Of a stretch of DNA of 64,000 nt, positions 13,652 to 25,147 are shown one piece after another. Positions within the stretch are counted from its first letter, which is position 1. Each line of letters opens with the position of its first letter. A program made the translations under genes and the position numbers. Source of the DNA: Haliotis rufescens (Eukaryota); assembly GCF_023055435.1 (NCBI RefSeq), contig NW_025963824.1, positions 35,340,001 through 35,404,000 of the forward strand. The letters are read 5' to 3'. The notes beneath the pieces were generated by a model, which had not been told where the DNA came from, searched no databases, and saw nothing but the letters and a program-made list of their open reading frames with translations.

Positions 13652-14216
13652 GACCCGCGTGCATACCCTGTACAGTTTCACATATCATCACGGTTGGTGA
13701 GCAGACCCGCAGTGATACTCTGTACAGTTTCACATCTCATCACAGTTGGTGAGCAGACCCGCGTGCATACCCTGTACAGTTTCACATCTCATCACAGTTG
13801 GTGAGCAGATCCGCGTGCATACCCTGTACAGTTTCACATCTCATCACAGTTGGTGAGCAGATCCGCGTGCATACCCTGTACAGTTTCACATATCATCACA
13901 GTTGGTGAGCAGACCCGCGTGCATACCCTGTACAGTTTCACATCCCATCACAGTTGGTGAGCAGATCCGCGTGCATACCCTGTACAGTTTCACATCTCAT
14001 CACAGTTGGTGAGCAGACCCGCGTGCATACCCTGTACAGTTTCACATCTCATCACAGTTGGTGAGCAGATCCGCGTGCATACCCTGTACAGTTTCACATC
14101 TCATCACAGTTGGTGAGCAGATCCGCGTGCATACCCTGTACAGTTTCACATATCATCACAGTTGGTGAGCAGATCCGCGTGCATACCCTGTACAGTTTCA
14201 CATACATCACAGTTGA
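13652..14216. repeat. 52-bp minisatellite, about 11 copies
   Basis: Unit gayccgcgtgcataccctgtacagtttcacatctcatcacagttggtgagca. Confidence 0.95.
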
Positions 14217-14374
14217 TACCCGCGATCTTTTCCTTCTTTGACTCGCGTGTTCATCCCCCATGGTGATTGCTTTGATAGGTATTTCTTAGAAGTTGACGGA
14301 TGACAAAGTAGAGACAATTTATGTATGACAACCTCTTTCTTACTGTTAAGGCGACGTTTCGGTATTGATCCGCT

Positions 14375-14455
14375 ATACCGTTATACCGTTATACCGCCAT
14401 ACCGTCAAACCGTTATACCGTCATACCGTTATACCGTTATACCGTCATACCGTTA
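14375..14455. repeat. 8-bp tandem repeat (ataccgty), about 10 copies
   Basis: Direct inspection. Confidence 0.9.
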
Positions 14456-14479
14456 TATTGTTGATTTCTTTTTTTATTC

Positions 14480-14823
14480 GACCGCCGCCATGGTCTGGTG
14501 GAGATCGTCTGTCCGGAGAGCGGAAGGTCCGGGGTTCGATCTCCAGCCGCGTCATTCTTAAAGACGTTAATATATGGTACTTAGCATTAAGGGGCTAAAA
14601 AGGACTAGTCGGCTCGGAGTGAGTACACGGTGGGTTATCCATGTTAAACTGCCGCATTGTATGCGAGTGGGCTAGCACTCAAAATCAGTATGGACACACG
14701 CACGCACGCACGCAAGCACGCACGCACACACACACACACACAAAACACAAACACACAAGAACATGCACGTCGCTATGCAAGTGCAATAATGTGGAACGCG
14801 ACGCAAACCCTATTTCACCTCGC
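14480..14823 (+). mobile_element. SINE family B, near full length, internal (CA)n/(CACG)n expansion
   Basis: tRNA-like head with B-box ggggttcgatctcc, body ggactagtcggctcggagt...gctagcact, tail ttcacctcgcct. Confidence 0.8.
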
Positions 14824-14839
14824 CTCTTTACTGTTTTCA

Positions 14840-15235
14840 CATGTTGATTCCTTTCTTGATTCCAATACTTGTTAGCATTATGATTCCCGTGTTGATTCCC
14901 ATGTTGATTCCCATGTTGATTCCCGTGTTGATTCCCATGTTGATTCCCCTGTTGATTCCCATGTTGATTCCCATGTTGATTCCCATGTTGATTCCCGTGT
15001 TGATTCTCGTGTTGACTCCCTTGTTGATTCCCATAATGATTCTCGTGACGATGAAGATCCAGGTTCGATTCCCGACATGGGTACAATGTGTGAAGCCCAT
15101 TTCTGGTGTCTCCCGCCGTGATATTGCTTGAATATTGCTAAAAGCGGCGTAAAACCATACTCACTCACTCCTAAAATGATTCCCGTGCTGATTACCGAAT
15201 TGATTCCCACGTTGATTCCCGTGTTGATTCCCAAG
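14840..15235. repeat. 12-bp minisatellite (gttgattcccrt) interrupted by a SINE
   Basis: Direct inspection; explains the ILIP/NQHG/GINT ORFs. Confidence 0.92.
15043..15170 (+). mobile_element. SINE family A, 5'-truncated
   Basis: ggttcgattcccgacatgggtacaatgtgtgaagccc...aaagcggcgtaaaaccatactcactcactc. Confidence 0.9.
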
Positions 15236-15694
15236 ACAAATCACGTGTTTTTTTCCTAATGTGCTTCCAGTGAAGATTCCTATTTTGATTTCCCTGAATA
15301 CAGAATCCGATGTTGACTCCCAATAGGAATTCCTATATTCCTTCTCTTGATGATTCACGTTTGCCGTTATAACGATTCCTGTGAAAAAAACCATCATTAA
15401 CCTTCTAAACACATACCTAAAACTAGAATCGCAAGACTAACCTGCAGATACAGCAGGGCTATGCTGGTTCATATCAACCATTAGATATGTGGCAATGAAC
15501 GCTATACATAGGCGTGTTAAGGACAAACCATTTATTATTTTATATAACATTTTTCAGGATATTTTGCATGTCCCGAGAACATTTATTATGCTTGTAAAAG
15601 TGTTTTGTTTTATTTTATCAAAATAATCTCAGACCCCCAACCAAGAGCTTATCAAATGTTCGATCGTTTATCTCATAATAGCGTAGGAAGCACT

Positions 15695-15832
15695 TGGGTA
15701 GCCTGGAGGTTAAAGTGTTCGGTCGTCCAGCCAAAAACATAGGTTCGATTCCCTACATGGGAACGATGTGTGAACGCCGTAATATGGTGGGAATATTGAT
15801 AAAAGTGGCGTAAAACTACACTCACTCACTCA
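15695..15832 (+). mobile_element. SINE family A, older diverged copy
   Basis: gggtagcctggaggttaaag, ggttcgattccc, aaagtggcgtaaaac, (CACT)n. Confidence 0.8.
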
Positions 15833-17439
15833 TAGGGGAGGTAACTGCTGTAGTACAATGATATATATAGCTGTCGACATTTAGGATAGTGAACTTGAAA
15901 TATTATATAAGAAGTTTTAGTCGGGTTTTATGACTAGGAAACAACAGACTACTGACAGTGAAACATGATCTTCATACAATACATGTATGTGCTTTTTGTC
16001 CTTCAAATATGTGTTTTGAAAGACAGCTGCCTTTAGGATTAGTTTCGTTTCGTTTCTAGCTTCAACTTTTCCGCATACAATTCTTAACATTCATTGTTTG
16101 AGATTTTGGGTGTTACCAAGATGGCAGCCTAAATACCACAACTCTTTTACCAAGTGTTCTGGACAATGCATCCTTCAACTTCCAACTCACACTTCTTTTC
16201 AAAATGGTTTTCTAAAAGTTTGAATTGATATTGTAAGATGTTTAAACCGTATACCACAGCGTTTAAAGATCTATGCAATCCTGTCTGTAGTACCTCACTC
16301 GTTCTCGGTGACGACACGCTGCACCAACACGGCAACCAACGGTAATATCACGGATAATGTATACCTTAATTTTATTAACTGATAGTTATTTTCCGCCTTC
16401 ACCCCACGCGACCTTCTAGCTGTAGGCGTTCTGAAGTCCATCTATCTCCTTACCAAAATACGTGATTCCTGGAAGTCTGCGAGTCTCAGACAAAGAAGGT
16501 GCCCCGCATCAGACTCGCATGACGGGGGAACGATTGACAAATGATTTCGGGGGGTTTCGAATTTTTATCTTCAATTTAGCGGGTCTAAAAGACGGTCAAT
16601 TTGTAATGGATCTCAGTTTGGTCGAAAAGAATGGACAATGAAATAAGCTCAGATGTGACCGAGTGATAGAAAAAGAAGACTCGGCACTACCATACAGGGT
16701 GCAAGCGTGTCCCGCCAATGTAATTTCTTCGTATTGGGTGTCTCACGGAATGAAAAATCGGCTCCCTTCGCATCATTTGAAAATTGGCCAGCGCTTTATC
16801 TCTTGTCTGTGCACGTCTTGCTGACGATAAATCGGGCTTGTACACTCGCCAACAGTGGGTCCGTGCGGTCAAGGAAATTGGACAGTGTCCAAGGCACAGT
16901 CCGGTGAAATTCTATTGTGTGTTATCATTGGAAGGTTAGAACTATCAACACTGATTTCTGATTTTGATTAACGCTTTAACATATTAGATAAGCTTTGAAA
17001 TCAGTTTTAATTTATTAAAAATGGTCAGTCGAATGGGATCCATTTAATTTCCAATTTTACTTATCTGTTGAGCGAGTGAGTTTGATTTAACGCCGCTTGT
17101 TTTCTGATTGTTTTTTCACCTTTTAAGGATAATGGGAAACTGGACGTTTGTGTGCATATGTAGTACATGTGCATTCTGACATTTATTACATATTTCTTGT
17201 TTTTATTTACGTTCACTTTCATGTTAAATGAAACGTCACACACAGATGTATCTAATGATTCGTAGATATGTTAGCCTGGTGCTAGGCTGTTGATATACAT
17301 TCACATGAAATATTACTGTCAAACAGAGGATATACTGAATGATGTTAATCTGATGACATACTGATGATGTAATTGTGTCATAATATTGATAAATGGTGAC
17401 ACGCTGAATGTATAGCCTTGTTATCTTGATGCAATACCG

Positions 17440-20070
17440 ATGATGAACTGATGATATACTGTGATAATATATCAGTGATATTTACTGATGATATACTGTG
17501 ACTATATATCAGTGATATTTACTGATGCTACACTATGATAATATATATCAGTCGCATTTACTGATGATATACTGTGATAATATATCAGTGATATTTACTG
17601 ATGATATACAGTGATAGTATATCATAAATATTTACTGAGGATATACTGTGGTAATATATCAGTGATATTTACAGATGATATACAGTGATAATATATCAAT
17701 GATATTTACTGATAATATACTGTGATAATGTAGCAGAGGTATTTACAGATGATATACTGGTGATAATATATCATTAATATTTACTGATGATATACTGTGA
17801 TAATATATCAGTAATATTTACAGATGATATACTGTGATAAATATATCAGTGGTATTTACCAAGGATATACTGTGATAACATATCGATGATATTTACCAAT
17901 GATATATTGTGATAATATATCAGTAATATTTACTGATGATATACAGTGATAATATATCAGTGATATTTACCAATGATATACAGTGATAATATATCAGTGA
18001 TATTTACCAATGATACACTGTGATAATATATCAGTGATATTTACAGATGATATATAGTGATAATATATCAGTGATATTTACCAATGATACACTGTGATAA
18101 TATATCAGTGATATTTACAGATGATATACTATGATAATATATCAGTGATATTTACAGATGATATACTGTGATAAAATATCAGTGATATTTACCAATGATA
18201 TACTGTGATAATATATCAGTAATATTTACTGATGATACACTGTGATAATATATCAGTGATATTTACCAATGATACACTGTGATAAATATATCAGTAATAT
18301 TTACTGATGATATATAGTGATAATATATCAGTGATATTTACCAATGATACACTGTGATAATATATCAGTGATATTTACCAATGATATACTGTGATAATAT
18401 ATCAGTGATATTTACCAATGATATACAGTGATAATATATCAGTGATATTTACCAATGATACACTGTGATAATATATCAGTGATATTTACAGATGATATAT
18501 AGTGATAATATATCAGTGATATTTACCAATGATATACTGTGATAATGTATCAGTGGTATTTACAGATGATATACTATGATAATATATCAGTGATATTTAC
18601 AGATGATATACTGTGATAATATATCAGTGATATTTACCAATGATATACTGTGATAAATATATCAGTAATATTTACTGATGATATATAGTGATAATATATC
18701 AGTGATATTTACCAATGATACACTGTGATAATATATCAGTGATATTTACCAGTGATATACTGTGATAATATATCAGTAATATTTACTGATGATACACTGT
18801 GATAATATATCAGTGATATTTACCAATGATACACTGTGATAAATATATCAGTAATATTTACTGATGATATATAGTGATAATATATCAGTGATATTTACCA
18901 GTGATATACTGTGATAATATATCAGTGATATTTACCAATGATACACTGTGATAATATATCAGTGATATTTACAGATGATATACTGTGATAATATATCAGT
19001 GATATTTACAGGTGATACACTGTGATAATATATCAGTGATATTTACAGATGATATACTGTGATAATATATCAGTGATATTTACAGATGATATATAGTGAT
19101 AATATATCAGTGATATTTACAGATGATATATAGTGATAATATATCAGTGATATTTACCAATGATATACTGTGATAATGTATCAGTGGTATTTACAGATGA
19201 TATACTATGATAATATATCAGTGATATTTACAGATGATATACTGTGATAATATATCATTGATATTTACCAATGTTATACTGTGATAAATATTTCAGTAAT
19301 ATTTACTGATGATATATAGTGATAATATATCAGTGATATTTACCAATGATACACTGTGATAATATATCAGTGATATTTACCAATAATATACTGTGATAAT
19401 GTATCAGTGGTATTTACAGATGATATACTGTGATAATATATAGATGATATTTATCGATGATATATTGTGATAATATATCTGTAATATTTACAGATGATAT
19501 ACAGTGATAATATATCATTAATATTTACAGATGATACACTGTGATAATATATCATTAATATTTTCAGATGATATTCTGTGATAATTTATTAGTAATATTT
19601 ACAGATGATACACTGTGATAATATATCAGTGACATTTACAGATGATATACAGTGATAATATATCATTAATATTTACAGATAATACACTGGTGATAATATA
19701 TCATTAATATTTTCAGATGGTATTCTGTGATAATATATCAGTGATATTTACTGATGATACACTGTGATAATATATCAATGATATTTCCCGATGATATACT
19801 GTGATAATATATCATTAATATTTACAGATGATACACTGTGATAATATATCAGTGATATTTACAGATGATATACAGTGATAATATATCATTAATATTTACA
19901 GATAATACACTGGTGATAATATATCATTAATATTTTCAGATGGTATTCTGTGATAATATATCAGTGATCTTTACTGATGATACACTGTGATAATATATCA
20001 ATGATATTTCCCGATGATATACTGTGATAATAAATCATTAATATTTACAGATAATACACTGGTGATAATA
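17440..20070. repeat. 37-bp AT-rich minisatellite, about 70 copies (gatatactgtgataatatatcagtgatatttacagat)
   Basis: Head-to-tail units with internal tgata/tatca inverted repeat; degenerate left edge. Confidence 0.97.
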
Positions 20071-20074
20071 TTCT

Positions 20075-20200
20075 GTTTTCTATGACGTTTTTAGCAATAT
20101 CACGGCAGGAAACTCCATAAAAGGGCTTCACGCATTGTACCCTTGTGGGGAATCGAACCCGGGTCTACGGCGCTTTAACCACTAGGTTACCCCACCGCCT
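20075..20200 (-). mobile_element. SINE family A, diverged
   Basis: gggcttcacgcattgtaccc...gggaatcgaacccgggtc...gctttaaccactagg. Confidence 0.8.
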
Positions 20201-21584
20201 TCATGGGCTGGGCTTGGGAGTAAAGAAACAGTCCATAAATACGAACTTTGACACAATAAATCGTCAAATCTAAATTGTATTCTGTCAAACATGGAGCACT
20301 TGTATACTGACGTGGTCACATGAGATAACACATCTGTAAACATGTGATAACGAACGGCTGTCGTGACAGAATTAAAAACATTGTGAATACCAATGTTAGA
20401 CAAACACTGATACACGTTGTGTTTGACACAGAACCCTTGGACATGACACACCTCGTTAAAACTAACATTCGAACAGCACACATAGTGTCAGACACCGACC
20501 ACATTAAGAACATAATTCACAATCAACAATATTCCTGTTAATCGCTTGGAAAAAAACATCATCTTATCAATGAATAACAGCACGTTCACTCGAATATCAA
20601 AACGCAAACTGTTTTGTAAAAAACAAAACGCTACAGAAATGTTTCAGACTGGTAACACGTGAGACTATAGAGGAACTAAAAACAAAGTCTCATTCCCTGG
20701 AATCGAGCTGATATTAAAGACAAAGAATTGGGTATACAAGTTTTCGTGCCGTCAGTATGCCCAAAGTCACGGGAGAAGTTAATGCAAGCACTACCAATAC
20801 AACCTGTGATATTTTTCTTCCAGAAATTAATCAAAAAGGGGATTGAGCCTTTGTGCAAGGCAATTCGCTCTAAACAAGCCGTGTCATTTTTGTTGAAATA
20901 TTACCCGCTCCAATAATACAGCGCTCAACTTCGAGTCGTGACGAAGTTTGGTCAATCAGAAAGTTATTCTTACTTAAGCTCCAAGTCGCTCGGATCAATC
21001 TCGCTTCTTTCTTTAGTCAATAGGCCCGCGATGCATTTGATGCCAGATCAATCCATTGTAACAAACAAGGAAGTTTTGTTCGGGTTTGGGGTTATCTAAG
21101 ACTTAATTAAATGTCGTATAATCGGACACGTCTTGATTAAACGTTCTTTCTTTAACTTGGCCGTCACAATGCCACCATTTGGTTTCTTTATTGTTGGACG
21201 GGGGCTATAACATGTTTATTGTGTTTTAAATATGCTACGCATTGGCGGGGGTTCGTGTAAAGATGGAATTTGATTCCAGCAACAGAACTGTCGAGGTCGA
21301 GATCCAACGAAGGAGATGGAATTGATGGGACAAGCAGCAGAGGTGGCATTAAATCGTTATGTAGCCCGGCTTCAGTACACGACGCTGGGTTTGTGTTTGC
21401 TGATGGAAGAAACTAATAAGAGCAAGAACTTCAGAATTTTCTTTTGAAAGGATGCGGTTTAATGTACGGCCGTTTGGCACGATTCGGATCCTGACACAAT
21501 ATTTGAGTACATGCATGTTGCGAGGTAATCATGACGTCCTTCGGCACAACTGGTACTATATATATCAGTAGTTGGTCATTTATC

Positions 21585-21720
21585 TGGTTTTGATCATGGA
21601 AAGGGTTTGGTTTTGATCATGAAAAGGGTTTCATTTTGATCATGAAAAGGGTTTCATTTTGATCATGAAAAGGGTTTCATTTTGATGATGAAAAGGGTTT
21701 GGTTTTGATCATTAAAAGGA
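21585..21720. repeat. 23-bp tandem repeat (ttttgatcatgaaaagggtttca), about 6 copies
   Basis: Direct inspection. Confidence 0.9.
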
Positions 21721-21948
21721 TTGAGTATGATGGAAATGATTAAATGATTATCCTGTGCAGGAAAGTAAAGGGAACATATATATGTACATACTGTTAAAGC
21801 GACGTTAAACCCAACACACTCACTCACTCACCCAGATGTTAATGGGATAAGGTATAATGTGGCATTGAATTGGCTCATGCTCACCAAAAAGCAAAAACAA
21901 ACCCGTTTATATAAATCTCAAACTTTGTAGACCTTTAAAGAAATCCAT

Positions 21949-22125
21949 GTTTGTTTGTTTGTTGTTTAACGCCACAATAACAAATGTTCAGGAAAATGGC
22001 GGCGGCATGTGAAAAACCAAATCTGGATCGGACAATCCAGTGATAGATCGTCCCAATCCATCGGGATGGGATGACTCGCAGTCAACCAAGCCTCTCCATC
22101 AGATCCTCAATCGCCGCTTAAGATC
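21949..22125 (-). mobile_element. Family C, diverged copy
   Basis: (GTTT)n aacgccac..., tctggatcggacaatccagtgat, gtcaaccaag. Confidence 0.6.
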
Positions 22126-22475
22126 AGTGTAGGAAGTGAAATCCCCAAGCGGTTTGAACACAGGTGTCTAACGTTACAGTCCTCTCTTCACATCCATCTG
22201 GGGTGAAGGTTAATCTTGGTGTATTGAGAATGGCAGCCGCTCTCGGTACAGTCGGCCTGTCGCAACGTTTCTCAACAAGCTGTGGCGCCGACCATAGGGG
22301 AAGTACATTCATCAAAACTTGACATCCGATGATGTTTCGACATTTAGACCTTCCAATAAGGTCAAAGGTCACTCATTGATCTTGGCAGTTATTATGACAG
22401 ACTAAGTAAATACTAAAAAAAACGCAGTATTCCTCATGATAAGGAGTTGACAAGTCTCTTCCTTGTGTGTATATT

Positions 22476-22745
22476 GGGGCGGTCGGGTAGCCTGTTGGTC
22501 AAAGCGTTCGCTCGTCACGTCAAAGACCAAGGTTCGATTCCCGACATGGGTACAATGTGTGAAGCCCATTTCTCGTGTCCCCCGCCGAAATATTGCTTGA
22601 ATATTTCTAAAAGCGGCGTAAAACCATACTCACTCACTCATATTATATTTATAGAAATAGACCAGGTAGTCTGATTGTTACAGCGTTCGCTCGTCCCGCC
22701 AACGATCCGGGTTCGATTCCCGACATGCAGGCAATGTGTGAATCC
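22476..22745 (+). mobile_element. SINE family A full copy (22476-22640) followed by a head-only fragment (about 22663-22745)
   Basis: ggggcggtcgggtagcc A-box, ggttcgattccc B-box, (CACT)n tail. Confidence 0.9.
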
Positions 22746-23060
22746 TATACATAGAGCTGTGACGATAAACCTCGTCGTGACGTCACGCATTGTGACACGT
22801 GACATGTCAGAAACAAATATTTAATCATCAGTGCTGTTAAACAGAAGCCAATCCAAAATATATTTTGTAGATTTAAATCATTAATAAAAGAGTGGTGAGA
22901 CCTTTGTATACAAGCTGAGAACAAAATTTTAATGGTTTTACAAATTCCAATTTGTATGTTGCACGTTACATACATAGTTATCGTGGACTGTCTACATGTA
23001 GATGTATCGAAGTTCGTGAGACGTTCCATCCATATCATATAACGAGCAAGATATTTTGAA

Positions 23061-23225
23061 TGAGTGAGTCAGAATGGTTTTACACCGCTTTTAGCAATAT
23101 TCCAGCAATATCACGGCGGGGGACACCAGAAATGGGCTTCACACATTGTACCCATGTCGGGAATCGAACCCGGGTCTTCGGCGTGACGAGCGAACGCTTT
23201 AACCACTAGGCTACCCGACCGCCCC
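23061..23225 (-). mobile_element. SINE family A, full length, 13-bp TSD
   Basis: TSD aagatattttgaa at 23048-23060 and 23227-23239; tRNA-Asp-like head (GTCACGC..AGACC.GGGTTCGATTCCC.GAC). Confidence 0.95.
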
Positions 23226-25147
23226 TAAGATATTTTGAAGGAAACCATCGATCGAAATCTTAGACTGAAGAACTAAAGTAACACGTGACTAAAGTCATTC
23301 CCCTTCTGAATAGGACACCTGTGTCGAAATTCCTGGTTAGGAGTTAGTGCCAATAATAGCGCGATAATGTAAACCTCGTTTTGTGAATTCAGCAACGTTT
23401 TGAACAAGCCCTTTATGATTACCTTCCATATTGTATATCAACGGGTTTGCCCTCCGACAAGAAACAGCCAAACTTGGAGAATGAAATCACATCATTTGTC
23501 GCTTCAAGTCAACCTGACCCTGATTGTTGTGCACACAAAGCATGCGTACGTGTTAAAGGGCTGCCGGAGTAATTCACATTACTACAACAATGTCCGACTT
23601 GATTAATTCTCGCAACTGAATTGTCCAAGTGTTGATTTATAGAGCGGCTAACCCTGTCGGCGCAAGGAGATCTCTCCATCAAGCTTTAATTTTTTCCCGA
23701 TCTCAAGAACACCTCTCAAAAGGTCAAGAAACCCCTCCCTCCCATCCTGGCCCACCTCACCAGATTTGCAATCTGCTCGAATCCCAATTGCAAAACGCGA
23801 CCCCTCCATGAAGTGGACCTGGGCAGCAATGACTGACTTTTTCAATGGCAGGCTTATCTCTTCTGGGGACTCAAATAAGCTTCATTACTTTTCATTACCA
23901 GACCGGATGTTCACGCCGCGCATGCTCACACAACCCATCGCGTGATCCAGGCAATGTTTGGTCAACTTGCATCGCCTGCTTTGGAGAGACAATTAGCCCG
24001 TTTCATGTTGAGGCTGTGGTGAGGATTCAATTAGCAATCGGTCTTGGCAGTACGTTTTGTTTTCAGGCTGACCACGGTGATTCCGACCTATTAAATCTAT
24101 CAATTACTCTAATGAGTTGTGATTGGATGGAATTAGGACATGAATTATTTGAGCAAATTACGCTTGACTAGTGCACAGCTCATCCCGATGAACACTGGCG
24201 ACATGAGTTTCCTTCATTGTGCTGTTGCTTGTGATAAATAAAATTGAAAAATGTTTTATGAAGACTGGAGTTATGATAACGCTGCAGCGTGCATTCTTGT
24301 ACTCCATGATGCGGTTTTTATCTTTTTATCAAATATTGAAAAGTTTCCTTCAGATTTGAGCTGTGGGTTTAGCCGTTTTTTCAGCAGTTCTTCACAGTGC
24401 TTTCTGTATTGGTAAACACATATTGAAAATCCTTTGATAAAACTTGCGTTGTGATAATATTCAGCCTCTGGTTATATTTTACGCTTCAATAATGACTTGA
24501 TGCTTTCTGTATTGGTAAACAAATATGAAAAATATTTTTGAAAGACACGAATCGTGATTAATTTAAGCAAAGTAACCGATATTGACGAAGCAATCACTCA
24601 GGATAATGATCCCGGGCCGAGAGAAGCACATTAGCCGTGTTTCCCCATTACAGAGGAATATCTGGTTGCATTAGCAAGTTCCATTTTTCTCCATTTTATT
24701 TGTTAAAATAGTCCGCATTTCCCCCAAGTATTTAGCAGGGATATTTTCGTTAGATCAGTCATGCATTGCTTTTGTCCGAGGGAGTTAAAGTGTTCAATGA
24801 ATGGATATATCTGAACAATTTGAGATTCAAACTTTAAATGCGAGATGTTTCAAAGTAGAAAGCAGAGAGCAATGTAAATTCAACGAGCTTCAAACACGTG
24901 GATGGATTACATGACCAAGGGACGATGGCTTTGTGTTACTTGTATATAATCAGACAGACAGACCGACTGTGTATAACCACCCGGTTTTAGAATCCGGAGA
25001 AAGAATGTTGTGGATAACGATATTACTGGTGCTTTTTATGTATAAGTGTTGGTATATGTCATTGTGTCTATTGTCATAGGTTATGATCTGTCTATTGGTG
25101 ACAACACGACTAATGTTATCCGTGTTTAATAGTGGTGCGGCTTATTG

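Noticed and set aside
13660-13680. mir-10 gene
   Set aside because: Only the first 9 nt match; no precursor hairpin; part of a tandem repeat
23150-23225. tRNA-Asp gene
   Set aside because: No proper acceptor stem; continues into a SINE body and tail with TSDs, multiple dispersed copies
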